64,000 nt of DNA from Felis catus. Lineage: Eukaryota. A program made the translations under genes and the position numbers. The notes under the pieces are model-generated. The model was not told where the DNA came from. It did no database searches and saw nothing but the letters and a program-made list of their open reading frames with translations. How positions within the stretch are numbered: the stretch's first letter is position 1; each line of letters starts with the position of its first letter. The stretch is from contig NC_058368.1 of NCBI RefSeq assembly GCF_018350175.1, forward strand, positions 186,498,001 through 186,562,000. The letters run 5' to 3'. Positions 41,171 through 54,971 of this stretch are shown here, piece after piece.

Positions 41171-41474
41171 ATTATATTCTCCTGTGTATTTTTTAGAAGC
41201 TTTGTAGTTGTTGCTTTTGTGTTGGATCATAATCCAACTTGAGTTAATTTTTCTCTATGGGTTGAGATAAGAAATCAAACTTCTTTTTTTATGGATTATT
41301 AGTTTACCAACATTGCCCATTCCAAAGATTGACCTTTTTTCATTGTATTGCTTTGTTGCCATTGTCAAAAATTAAAATATGCAAGTATGAGTCTGTTGCT
41401 ATATTCTAGTCTCTTTCATTACTCTGTTCGTCTCTTATGTCGATACCACCAGTTTGATTACTGTAGCTTTAGAT

Positions 41475-41660
41475 CAGGGGTAGATAAACTTTTCCTTAAA
41501 GGAGCAAATAGTATTTTAAATTTTCAGGGTGTAAGATCTCTCTTAAAATTACTTAGCTCTGTTGTAGCATAGATAATATGCAAGTAAATTGCTGTGGCTA
41601 TGTTTCACTAAAATTTTATTTACAAAAACACTGTCCAGCCTATGGACAGTGGTTTGCTGA
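41475..41660 (-). mobile_element. MER58A-like hAT MITE nested in the old L1
   Basis: caggggtagataaacttttcc...gtggctatgtttcactaaaattttatttacaaaaac...gtttgctga. Confidence 0.7.
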
Positions 41661-42904
41661 GTAAGACTATGAAATATGATGAACAACTTTATGTGTACAT
41701 ACTTTCCAAATTAGGTAAAGGGGGGACAAATTCATTGACAGAGACAACTCACAAAGATGGTGCACGAAATAGTAAATATAAATTTCAGAGTAAGACTCAA
41801 AATCAGGTGATGTTAAGTCCTCCCAACTTGATTTTTCTTTTCCTTAATTGTTGTGGTTATTCTGCATCCTTTGTAGGTTTATGTAAATTGTGAAATAAGC
41901 AATTAATTTTGAAAACAATACCTGCTGATTTATTTTGATTGCATTGAATTTATAGATCAATTTGGGGAAAGTTAATACCTTAACAGTATTTTGTCCCCCA
42001 ATCCATGAGCATGATACATTTTTCCCTTTATTTAGGTCTTCTCTAATTTATCTCATTAATGTTTGTGTGGAGGTGTTGTACACAATTTGTTAAAATGTTT
42101 CCTAAGTATTTTGTGGTTTTGATGTTTTTATAAATGACATGAATTAATTTATATTCCAGTTGCACTACTGTTAACCTTACATACTGTGATCTTCCTAAAT
42201 TTCTTAGTAATCTTAGCACTTTTGTTTGTGGTTTACTTAGGATTTTCTATGTACATAATCATCTCATCTATGGAAAGAGACAGTTTTATGTCTTCCTTTC
42301 TAATCTTTATGATCTCATTTACTTTACTTACTTATTACAGTGGTTTTGATTTCCAATAAATTATTGAATGCAAGTAGAAGTAATGATAGCAGGGAAACTA
42401 TCTTTGATTCTGATCTTAGGAGGAAATAAACAGGTTTCTTAATATTAATTATGATATTATCTGCAAATTATTCAGTGATGTTTTTACTGGAATAAGGATG
42501 TTCCATTCTATTTCTAACAGCTGTGGATTTAAAAATAATCACAAATGAGTATTGAATTTTGCCACATACTTTTCTGAACTTAATAATATGTTCATATTAT
42601 TTTTATTTTATATCATGTTAATGAGTAGGATAAATATATTGATTTATTTGAAAAAATTAAAGCATGTTGGTATGCCTAAGATAAACTCAATCTGATCAGC
42701 TGTATTATACTCTTAATTTATTACTAGATTTTATTTGGTATTTTTTTTGGTGTCTGTGTTCATGTAGGGTGGAAAATAGGTATATAATTTTCTTTTCTTG
42801 TAATACTCTTTTCTTGTTTTAGTATCAGGGTTATGTTGGCTTCAGGACAAGATATGGGAATGTTGACTCTTCAGCATTTTTTTGAAGATGTTTATGTAAA
42901 ATTA

Positions 42905-43108
42905 GTTTTTTTAAAAAATGATTATTTTGAGAGACAGAAAGAGAGCATGTGCACATGAGTGGGTTGGGCAGAGAGAGAGGGAGAGAGAGAATTCCAAGCA
43001 GGTTCCCACTGTCAGCAGAGACTGACCCTAGGCTCCATCCTGTGAACCATGAGATCATGACCTGAGTCGAAATTGTAGGCTTAACTGACTGAACCACCCA
43101 GGTGCTCC
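42905..43108 (-). mobile_element. CAN-SINE nested in the old L1
   Basis: TSD tgtttatgtaaaattagt/tgtttatgtaaaatgagt. Confidence 0.92.
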
Positions 43109-44296
43109 TGTTTATGTAAAATGAGTAATATTTCTTCTTTAAATTTAACAGCACTCACTAGTGAAGCCATCTGTGGTTATAGGGCTTTTTTAGATTCAAA
43201 AATTTTCATTATGAGTTGTTTTTATATTATGGTTTTTGGGCAATTTATATTTACTATTTTTTATGAGTTGTCTCTGTCAATGAATTTGTCCCCATTAATC
43301 TAATTTGGAAAATGTGTGCACATAAATTTGTTCATCATATTTCATTTTTTTTTTATTTTAATGCCTTGAGGCTTTGTACTGATACTACCTTTTGCATTTT
43401 GGATAGTGGTTTGTATTCTCTCTTTCTCTTTTTTCTCTCTCTCCCCTTACTAATGTGATGAAAAGTTTATCAATTTAATTGATACTTTAAAGAGTTGCTT
43501 TTGGTCTAATTACTTTTTCTCTTATATTTATTAATTCCTTCTTTCCACTTTGTGCTTGATTTGTACTTGTTTTTTATAATGTCTTATGGTAAACCTTAGA
43601 TTACTAAATTTAACTTTTCTTCTTTTTAAATGCAGGCATATAAAAGCTATCAATTTCTCTATAACACTGTTTTGGCAGCATCCCACAAATTTTGAAATGT
43701 TATGTTTTTGTTATTCAATTCAAAATATTTTAATATTCTTTGTGATTAAGTCATTCATGAGTTACTTAAAAGTATTTTGTTAAACTTCTAAATATTGTGT
43801 GAGTTCTTTGTTGTCATTGTTCTTGAAATCTAAATTGATTGTAACGTTGTCAGAGACCATATTATATACCTGGCCTCAGTCCTTATAAATGTTTGACCTA
43901 TTGAATGTCCTGGCATATGGTTTATCTTAGTGAATATTCCTTGTGCACTAGAAAATTATGTATTTTCTTCTATACAGGTGTATTGTTCTATAAATATTAA
44001 TTTTTTAGGTCTACTTTATCCATCAAATACTGAAAGATAGTTGTTAAAATTTCCAACCATAGTTACGGGATCAGTCTGTTTCTCCCTTTAGATCATCAGT
44101 TTTTGCTTCATGTTTTTGAAACTCTCTAATGGGATGTATATGCATTTCATGCTGTGTCTTTTGATAAATTGATGCTTTTATTTTGACATTCCCTATTGAT
44201 AGTCATGATCCTTGTATAGAAGTCTTATTTGCTAGTTTTTAATATTTCCACTCTTGGCTTCATATGATTAGTATTAGAATTGTGTGTGTTTGTACA

Positions 44297-44298
<2 letters not shown>

Positions 44299-44339
<41 letters not shown>
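44299..44339. repeat. (AT)n microsatellite with degenerate extension to ~44418
   Basis: Seen directly. Confidence 0.95.
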
Positions 44340-44342
<3 letters not shown>

Positions 44343-46982
44343 TGTATATAAATATATATTTATATGTGAATACATATATAAATACTTATGTATATGTGAA
44401 TACCTATATAAATATATGTTTGTATTTCATTTTTTGTACCTTTCTGGATCTTCATATTTAAAATCTATCTCTCATGGACAGCATATAATAGATTTTTTTT
44501 TCTTATCCAGTTTGATAGTATATCTTATAAAGAGTCTACTCCATTTATATCTTCATTTAATATACCTACTGAAATATTTTAGAGGTCAAATAAACTATAT
44601 TGCTATTTCTATTCCATTTGTTCCATTTGCTTTTTTGTTCATTTTTCATTCTTTCTTGTCACATTTTGGATTTATTGAAGATTTTTAGTTACATTTTTTC
44701 CTTCTCTTTTTAAATTCTTTGATCTTTATTTGATTTTTTAAAAACAGTTTCTATACCTCTGCTGAGACTTCCCATCTGTTTCCTTATTATACACAGCTTT
44801 ATCTTTGAATCCACGAAAATATTTATAAAAGCTTTTTATTAATGTCCTTATCTAAGAATACTGAAATACTCCCCCCATCAAACAACTACAACAACAACAG
44901 CAATAACTAAAAACTGCCCTTGGTCTTCTTTTATTGACAGTTTTCTCTCTTATTGATGAGTTACATTTTATCTTTTAGTCTAGTAATTTTTCAATGTATG
45001 CTCAACTTTTTTAATGCTACATTATCAATGGTTTGGTGTTTTCCACATTTTAAAGTTGTTGAGTGTAGGTGTAGGTTGTTACTTTTCTTTCTTTTTTTCT
45101 TTCTTTCCTTTTTTTTTTTTTTTTTTTAGCTACAGTAACCTGACTCCTAGGAAGTGGCCTCTTTGAGTCTCAACAATGACCAGACTGTTTCTTTGAAGTC
45201 TTTGTTCTCTCACTTGTTGGAAGTCCAGTGTCTGCAATAACTGTGTGAGCCATAGAATTCTCATTCAGCTCACAGAATCACAGATCCCCAGAAGTTATTT
45301 TTTTCAAGGCCTTACAGAGTTTTTAGCTTTATTCTTGCACTGAATAGCATTTGGCCAACACTCACTGGAAAGCTCCTATGGGGATTGCTGGAGTTTCTTC
45401 TCTTGCACTCTCTCCTTTCCAGTATTCTGCTTAGTTACTATCTTGCCCCACAGATTCCAGCTGCTTCACCAGCCCCAAATCTTGGTATCCATTTCTTCTA
45501 CTTACCAGGCTACCTATTTAGGATATATGTCCTTCTGCTGTGCTTTGAATAGTGCTTCCAGGTTGGAGGTTGTGGTCCTTGTGAACCTCACTTCCTGTGT
45601 TTCCTTTCCTCCAAGGATAACGGCCCTGTGCTGCATTATGTTCAGTACTTGAATACAGTTGACACAGTTGATATATATTTTTTATCTGGTTTTGTATTTG
45701 TTTACAGTAGGCACTAAAAGGAGGAGGGACATGAGATATGGAAATATAAGTCTAATGTCCATTAGTCTTCATAGCCAGAACCAAAGTGAGAAATAGGTTT
45801 TAATCTCATGTTGCTTATCCAAGATAGCTTTTGACTTGTAGAACATTCAGTTCATTTGGACATACATGTATGCATTTCATATCTATTTTAATAAGCAACT
45901 TGTCTCTTTTATGGTGGCTTTATTAAATAATGAAAATACTGACATTTTAAACGACACACTTTTGTTTGTAATCATTTGTATTGAAGTATATGTAATTCTG
46001 TAGTGAAGTTTATTGTACCAAAATATGACTTTATTTTTTCTCCGTTTTATATTATTTAGGTCGTATTTTCTCCATCAATATAATGAGGTTACCCTTAGGT
46101 TTTCATAACACAACAGAAATATAAGTAATTTTATAAATTACTTAAGATATAAAATATTTTATATTAAGTATGGAAACATGTTTATGCATAAGAATAATTA
46201 TGCAATAATTATAAGAGTAATTGTAATTATATATAATCACATTATATATTATATATGTATTTTATGTGTGCATATAAAATAAGTTTAATAGTAACATAAT
46301 ATTTAATTAAGATGTTTTATACATTTCGTTTATTTAGCATGTCACTCCAGCTTTCTTTTTAGTTGTTAGAGAAGAAGAAATAAATATTCAGATTTGAATA
46401 CAGATACATGCACAGAATACCTACAAGAAAATCAGGATCAATGTCAAGTAAATTTTACTAGATTATTTTTGGAGAATACTCTAGATGTCTGTGTAATAAT
46501 GAATAAGTATAGCAGTATCTTAAGACAGAACACTTCAGCTGGTAGGTCTCTAAAACTGAGTCATTAACATTGAAAAATAAAAGCATAATTAGGTCACTGT
46601 CTTTTAAGTTGTCAAAAGGGAAGTGGAACAAATATTTTTTTAAAATGAAGCACTCAAAAGGCTATTGTGATTTAAGATGGATAATGGAAAAACTGAACTG
46701 TCTGTTTAAAGATCTGTGGTTGAAAGGTAATTAATTCCGCCTTGCTAAAGGCACATTATTTTCTCATTCTTCAAATACTACTCAGCACGTTTTTTTTTTT
46801 TTTTTTAAGTGATAAATACTTGGCACAAAAAAGATTTTTTAAAAGAAACTTAGATTTCTTCCGGAAAGTAAATCTTGTACATGGGCATAGTTTTTTTGTT
46901 TTCTTCTTGATTTCAGGATAGTTTTATAAGTTTGTTAATGAGCTTTCAATGTATATTTTCACAGGACCACTTATTCAAGAAG

Positions 46983-47222
46983 TTTTTTTTTTAATTGAAG
47001 CAATTTTTATTTTTTTTTAAGTTTATTTACTTATTTTGAGAAAGACGGAAACAGTGCAAGCAGGGGAGGGGCAGAGAGAGAGAGAAGAGAGAGAATGACA
47101 AGCAGGCCCCACACCTTCAGTGTAGAGCCCTATGCGGGGCTCAAACCCATGAACTGTGAGATCATGACCTGAGCCAGAACCAAGAGTTGGCCACATAACC
47201 GACTGAGCCACCCAGGTTCCCC
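46983..47222 (-). mobile_element. CAN-SINE
   Basis: gagatcatgacctgagcc...aaccgactgagccacccaggttcccc; long T tail. Confidence 0.92.
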
Positions 47223-50200
47223 TCTCTAGTCAAGAACTTTTAAGGGGTTTCACTAAGCAATGAAAACTTATTTATTATTTAAAACATTCCATGTACTGGA
47301 TGATACATGCCTATTTTAAAATAAATATATCTGGAAAAACTTGGTTAAAAATAGTAATTTGTGATTACAAGATTTGGAGAAAGTGTATTACCTTGCCTGA
47401 TACGTTTGGAGACATTTTTAAATGACATAAAGCCTGAAGTAGAAATCACTGGTCAGTAATTCCCTTTGAATTAAATGGATTTTTACTTTCACAATATGAG
47501 TCTATAGTTATTGAAGGCTTAAGGGAGATCCATGCTAATAGTTTGATATTATTCAAAAAAGGGTTATAAAGTAAGAGAAGGGAGGGGAAAACAAATCAAG
47601 GACAACAGCAACAGCAACAAAAAACAAGGAAAGCAAAAAGTCCTTTAACTAACTGACATTACCCAAAATAATACCCAAAATAATAGTCTCTTTATAAACA
47701 TTAACCGAATAATCCTCACAACAATCCTAGGATATCCATTTTACAAATGGAGCCCCATTTACCAGATCCCTAAATCCATGTTCTTTCCATTACTTCACAT
47801 TATCTTCAAGATCATTTATTCTCGCCACTTTGTTTTACACATGGGGGGGGGGGTGTTGGTGAGAAGGAACCAACCAAATACACAGAAAACAGAAACTGAG
47901 TCCCAGAAAGATACTTAGTTTACTTAAAGATAGACAGTAAGTAGTAGCTTGGATATTTAGTCCCAAATCTGCCTACTACTTGCTTCTGTAGCAGACTCAA
48001 CAGTATTATCCTCAGAGTGATAAAACCCATCCTAGGAAACGAATCTTGTGAGAACTTATATATTTAAATTTTATAAATCTGCAATTTTGCATCCACAAGA
48101 TTCCCAGGTCTTTCAACTTGTGGATTTGCACCACTTACCTTGTTTTATTGTTTCCAAATGATTTCTTTTTTTCATTGCTGCCTTAGCTAGAAGGCTTAGG
48201 ATTTGAACCATGAAATCGGTTTTCTTCATCATAGGGTATGAAGACCTATAGGATATGCTAGTTTATTTTAAAACATTCAGTAGCATTAAGCAAAGTAGTT
48301 AGCTTTCATGTTCATTATGGCTTGTATTCCTTCCCTCTCTCCCACCCTAGAAGGAAGACAAAATACTTGGCCTATTTACGCTTTGCTTTTATCCCACCTA
48401 TCCAGTGATCATTGTGATAAATGGATTGAAAATATTCCTTGGGTGGTTCTCATATTAGTAGAAAAAATATTTTTGTTATATTTTAATATTTGTCTAGTTG
48501 ATTGATGCTCCATAGTAGCAATTAAGAGGCATGGTATTGGCAATGCTGGGGCAGGGGGACTGATAATTCCATTATTGAGAGATAGTTGAATTCCATGTAT
48601 TTTACTAATCTCAACTATCTGTTGAAATCTTGAACTCTTAAATATTGGCCATGAAATTTCAATGCTTAGAAGGGCCCATAGAAGATTAAGCATTCTAGTT
48701 TATTTCCCTTATTTTACAGCTGAAGAAATGCCGCATACTTTGTAGGCTCCTAACATAATTCAGTTTCAGAAAGAAAAAAAAATTGGTAATCTTTTTCCTG
48801 TTTTCAGTATGAGATTTTTTCTCACGTTTGGCCACCTTTTATTGCTGGTAGTGTGGGCCTCAGGAAGTAGTGCATGCTTTCTCTCTCAAATAAGAGAACT
48901 GATACTTAATTCTTTATTTTTGAAATTATTCTTAAGTATTATTTTTGAATAATTTGAATAGTTTTTGAATAATATTTGAATTATTTTTGAAATATAGTGA
49001 TTGATAAGGTATTATTGGAGGAAGCTTAAGCATAAACTTTGAAAATAGGGTGCCTACAAGAAGACACTAATAGATTACTGTCTTTGATTTGGTGAGTGGA
49101 ATTTCATACTTTTTCAGTGAAAATCTATTGTAACTCCAGGGTATCAGAGCCGATAAAAATACAGGAACATGATTTTTTTCATCTTAATTTTAATTTTTTA
49201 AATGCAGTAGCATTGGTACTATTTATGTATGGCTAACAAATGATATTCAACTAAATAATTTTAATTATTTCTTTAATTATATTTATTAAAGGAAGAACAA
49301 TGATTCCTCAAGGATACCAGGGAGAATCCCTGACACGAAATAGAGTTAACTTAATATACTTATGTAATACACACTCTTTGCTATGTGAATATTTAACGGG
49401 ATCAATTGTGATGTATTTTAAGGCATCCATTTCAGTCTTCTTTTTCTATATTTGTATCCTTTTGGTCTGACTCATGATGAAAACGTGCTCAAAGATCCAT
49501 GCAAAGCCTTCTAAATTTCATAGTTAAATTAGTATTCCCCATATGCAATAAAGTAGTATTTTCATGACTGTACCACTTTGCAGTAACTTCTCAAAGAAAA
49601 TTAGGGTTGAAGCTATGTTTACCCTCTTTATTTCCAAAAGTTGATTATTATTTCCAAATGTTTCTTTGTGAAACATCTCTAAAATTCCACATATAAACAT
49701 TCCAATATCTCATATTGCAGTCAGGAAATCTTTAAATCATCTTGAATTTTACCAAGAGACCCAAGTAAAGCAATATAGGCAAGGGATACCTGCACTCCAA
49801 GAACAGAGGCAGAATTACTGGAGGTTTCCTGACCCATGCTCACTTTAAGGATAGACTAGCAGTCCATTGTAGAGGGAATAAAATAAGTGATCTCTATCAA
49901 GTAACTTGAAAGGTAGTAACAAAAGTCAGTTTATTTGATGGGTAGAAGAAATTGAGCTGTCAGGGGACAAAGATATTTTGTAAAGAGAATGCTGTGTTGG
50001 TATTACTGTCTTGATTATACTGTTGCATAAACCAGTCTTTATGGGTCCTGTCACCATCACAGCCTGGCGGTCTTGCACCCAGGCTCACTGGGAAATTCTA
50101 GTTATTGTTCAAAAGAGAAGACAGTACATTTAAACTTGAGTTCCAGTGGAATCATGTGATTATGCCATGTTGAGTTCACATTAGATTCTGCCTATTAGAT

Positions 50201-51651
50201 GTAACACTTCAGCAATCTTAATGCCTCAGGACTCAGTGGTGCTTTCTACCTGGGCAGTGCTAATGATCATTACCTCACCTAGAGCTGTGTCCTTCAGATT
50301 TAGTACTCTAGCATGACTCGAAGATCAAGGATTGGGAGAGGTTTGCCAGATGCTGAGTGAATTATTGCTAAGATTCTCTGCTGCCTTCCATTCTTAAAGA
50401 AGTAATCTATTGAAAATCATTTTTGAGCTTGAAGCATTTTTTTTTAATCTAAAGCATAATACAGAGGCTCATTGAATTACAACTCATCTTGAGAGATTCA
50501 ATAACTTTGAGCTCAGTTTCTAAGCATGCCAGAGATAAGATTAAGAACTTCTGTCTTAGGGGGCATCTCCCCTCAAATGTTGGACATTATTAGGTTATTT
50601 ACCTTTTGAATGGAAAAAGGGCCTAAAGGCACCTGAGGAGTCATGAGTCTTATGGAGAAAATAGCATTTATTATGTAGTAGTTATATCAAATAATAATAA
50701 TAAATCTAAACTATTCCCTAAGAAAATATTTTGCCAAATGTATAAAAATACAATATTTAAGAATGTCCTTACAAATTTATCAGTTTTATTTAAAAAATCA
50801 TACAGATTTAAAAAACATACATTAATAAGAGAGGTGGTATTTAAATTTGAGGGGAGTTCTCTGTAGACACTGAAATTATGATGTAGAAGATATTTAAGAT
50901 ATAGACATATTGAAAAGTGAGTAAAAAAATAGCATGTATAATACGGTCATATAAGTGTTTATATTTATATTTTTTTCTGGAAGTTTATATGGCAGTCTTT
51001 TAATAGTGGCTATTTCTAGGTCATGGGTTATGGTTGATTATTTTCTCCTTTATTCCTTATTGTGTTTTCTAGTTTTTCTGCAAGTGCTATAGATTATTTT
51101 TATAAGAAAAAGAAATACCTTTCCATTTTGAGGAAAATAATCTTATCTGGGTACAAAATAAATTGGAAAATTAATATGTAATGAGCAATCACTATGTAAC
51201 ATACTTGTTTGGGAATTTTGAATGATTAATTTACTTAATCCTTCCATAAATCCTCTAACAGAGGTATTTCGGTCACTAATTTATAGGTAGGAAAAAAAGA
51301 ATCAGAGAGGTTACATAACTTGTCCAATGTCAAATTACATGGCTCGTAAGGAAAAGAATCAGGGATTCTCTGAATCTTTCTGCTGTGCCCACGCTGCCTT
51401 ATTAAGGCAGTTTGATGGCATGTTGTCAATGGCCTATCAGTCTCGGGAAGGGAAGAGTGGTATGTGCTTGTCATCAATGCTAATAGCCCTCCTTATCACC
51501 TCTCTTTTCCAGTGTCAGTTGTAGCACCATTTACAGTGTTCACTTAATAATTGAAATGTGAGAAGACCTACTTGGTTTCAGAAAGTCTAATGTGAAGGTT
51601 TACATTAGTGGATCAAAGGAGGCATGTACAGCTTATCTGCTTCAATTTATT

Positions 51652-51962
51652 ATTTATTTTTATTTTATAATGTTTATTTATGTATTTTTTATGAATATAA
51701 TTTATTGTCAAATTGGCTTCCACACAACACCCAGTGCTCATCCCAACAAGTGCCCTCCTCAATGCCCATCACCCACTTTCCCCTTTTCCCCACCCCCCAT
51801 CCACCCTCAGTTTGTTCTCTATATTTAAGAGTCTCTTGTGGTTTGCCTCCCTCCCTCTCTGTTTGTAACTATTTTTTTCCTTTCCCTTTCCCCATGGTCT
51901 TCTGTTAAGTTTCTCAAGATCCACATATGAGTGAAAACATGACATCTGTCCTTCTCTGACTG
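51652..51962 (-). mobile_element. Felid-type L1 3' end, 5'-truncated
   Basis: caacacccagtgctcatcccaacaagtgccctcctcaatgcccatcaccc; TSD gcttcaatttatt on both sides. Confidence 0.88.
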
Positions 51963-53879
51963 GAAGGTGTTACGCTTCAATTTATTTTAAGTTTTCCAAT
52001 TCATTGCAGAAAACATAGGGGATAGAACTATGAAATCCCTTTCTTGTGTGCTGCCAACTCTGGAGGAGGTCTCACTCTGTCCTCTGTTTTATAGTGGCAT
52101 ATTTCCTGTGGACTGTGTCCCTAACTTAATTTCTGGTTCAGCTACTAGCATGGCTGAGACTCCACTAATAATAGCAGAGGGATTTTCCATTTATGGCCAC
52201 AATTTTAATCATTGAGTCTTGAGTACCATTCAGCCTCTGGAGTATAGAATCTACTCTTTTGAGATGTTGACATTTAATTTCTCAAGGGTACCTTGATAGA
52301 GTGGAAATTCAGGGTGATTCAGGGAAACCATCTTCAAATTTTTCCACAGGAGAATAAACTGTGAAAAAAAATTCTTTGAAGTGAGTAAAACAGAAACAGA
52401 AAAGGAAAGCAGTCTGATGGCATTAAACCACTTATTTACTTTAAATTATTCTATATGAATCAGTTTGCCCTTTTTCTGTAGCATTTTGTTGTGGATAATA
52501 ATTGATTTTTTCTGTATTATTTATCAGACTTACAGGATTCAAACACTATGAGTATAATTTGTAATAGATAACTCTCAGAAGCATACAAGGAAAAGTTTAT
52601 TTAAGAACATTTTCCATGTAATAACAGTGTTTAATCAATCTAACACTTAATCACACAAAACAGAGTAATCATTTTGAATTCAAATTTAAAGTATTCAAAA
52701 CATGAGTATTATAACTTCAGGAATAGCTGGATATTAATTTGTGACTTAACAAGATTTTTGGCTTTAAATGCAAAAACAACCACAGTTTATAACAGCAAAC
52801 ACTTTAAGCGTAGTATATTTTGTAGGCCAATTAAAATTGTAAAGGCCAAACTACTGGGAATGATAGAGTTCGGGAGCTAGAACCTATGATGAGAACTTCG
52901 TATACACTAGTTTTCTAAGTTTCTACTCTTTATATACATATAGAGTTGCTGAGTAATGAAATATAGTCTCTGTCTTTGAAGAGGCATTATGATAAATAAG
53001 TATGAGATGTTCTTTTACTGATCTGATTTTTTCTTTAAATAGGCTTTTAAAAGAAACCAAGATACCACAGGGCATTTCAGATTTGGAAATGCACAATATT
53101 CCAGTAACTCTGAACATTACAAGGAAGAAAAAATCTGAATTTGAATAATTTTATAAACACACATAATTAATGTTATAAATACCTCAGTCCTCTGAAATTG
53201 ATCTGGAAATGCAGTAGAATTTTTATCAAAATCTCAATTTTTTAAGACAGAAGGAGAATCCTTCATCTCAAAGGGTAAATTTGTGGATTAAATAGGTCAA
53301 CGGAAGTTAGTATATGAAAAGGTAACATTTTAAATCAATGGGGAGAAGATGAAATACCTAAAATGATTAATGGCTATATGATAAAGCATGGCGTTAATAA
53401 AAAGGCTTTTTCTCTTCTTATTTTCCAGAATCAAGAGAAGGAAAAGCACTTAGAACAGAGTATTATTATCTATAATAAGCATCTCATTTGTATCAATAAG
53501 AAAAATACAAAAATGAGAAGAGACATTAATGATAGATTAATATGTGAAATATTCCTTAGCCTCAGTAATAATTGGAGAAATGATAAAATAAGAAAGAGAT
53601 ACCATCTTGTTTTTGAAAGATGTTAAAATATCATTAGTACTCTCAATAATTCAAGACATTGTTGCTGGCTATTTGACAATATCTATCAAAATAAAAAATG
53701 CAGCTTGAAGCAGCTTTATTTTGCTTTATATATGTTACTAGATGCAGCTAACTTTCTTTTAAGAATTTATAATTGAAAAATGCTTGCATTGGTTCAGAAA
53801 TATATGTTTGCAATCATATTTGTTTCAGCATTGTTTGTAATAGAACAAACAAACATTGAAAGCAATGTAGGAGTACCTA

Positions 53880-54086
53880 GGGGCGCCTGGGTGGCTCAGT
53901 CGGTTAAGCGTCTGACTTTGGCTCGGGTCATGATCTCGCGGCCTGTGAGTTCGAGCGCCGCGTCGGGCTCTGTGCTGACAGCTCAGAGCCTGGAGTCTGC
54001 TTCTGTGTCTTCCTCTCCTTCTGACCCTCCCCCTTTCATGCTCTGTCTCTCTCTGTCTCAAAAATAAACGTTTAAAAAAAAAAAAA
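53880..54086 (+). mobile_element. CAN-SINE (SINEC_Fc type), CpG-rich, inside a decayed L1 fragment
   Basis: ggggcgcctgggtggctcagtcggttaagcg; TSD gaaagcaatgtaggagtaccta/gaaagcaatgtaagagtaccta. Confidence 0.95.
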
Positions 54087-54805
54087 GAAAGCAATGTAAG
54101 AGTACCTAAATGAGGAAATGAATGTATCAATTTTTGTAAACCTGTAAGATGAAACAGTAAGTAGAAATCAAAATAATGAAGTAGATTTACTTATACTTAC
54201 TTGAAAAATGTCTGGGATGTATCATAACTGAAAATGCCAGTTGGATATAAACATAACTAGAATGAGCCCATTAGACCTATACCAAACTGTTTGCAATGGC
54301 TACCTTTAGGGTGTGGGTGTAAAATGATGAAGAAAGAACATTTACTTTTCACATTTTGTATTTTGTTTGAATATATTACAAGTATTTGTTACTTTTTAAT
54401 TAAAAAAATGAACAAACTCTAAAAAAGGAAAAAAGAAAAGAAATAAAAAATAATTGCAAAATTATAGACCCTGATAGTCATGTGGAACATGTGTGAATTG
54501 CAGGCAAATGGGCTGAGTAACAGGAATATCTTTTAGGAGCTCCTTGCATTAATCCAAGGAGTGCATGGACGTTTAGGGGTAGAGACTAGAATGAGGAGAA
54601 GGGATCGGTTATATAGATATTTACAAGGTAGGATCAACATGCTATACAGAGGAAGAGACAGAGAAATAGTAACAATAACATCTAATGATAGCACCTTGGG
54701 GCTAATGTTTTTATTTAATAAATTAAGACCTTCTGCCTGGATTATAGGTATGATGAAAGACGTTTGTTGAATCTAGCTACCTGATGTTAAATTTAAGAAT
54801 AATCA

Positions 54806-54971
54806 GGGGCACTTGTGTGGCTCAATTGGGTAGGCATCCAACTCTTGATTTTGGCTTCAGATGATGATCTCAAGGTGAGTTGGAGACCTCGTGTAGAGCT
54901 GCTTGGGATCCTCTCTCCCCCTGTCTCTCTGGTCCCCTGCCCCCTGTCAAAAATAAAATATTTAAAAATAT
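54806..54971 (+). mobile_element. CAN-SINE (older, short)
   Basis: ggggcacttgtgtggctcaa head; TSD taagaataatca. Confidence 0.85.

Larger units (their letters stand above)
38340..45100 (-). mobile_element. Old antisense L1 (L1M-type, decayed ORF2) hosting several nested insertions
   Basis: Minus-strand ORF2-like peptides ([39 protein letters not shown]) and L1-like sequence resuming after each insert. Confidence 0.8.

Noticed and set aside
13685..54971. tRNA-like heads and recurring ~200-nt repeats suggesting tRNA genes or a repeat array
   Set aside because: These are dispersed tRNA-derived CAN-SINEs with TSDs and A tails, not tRNA genes or CRISPR-like arrays.
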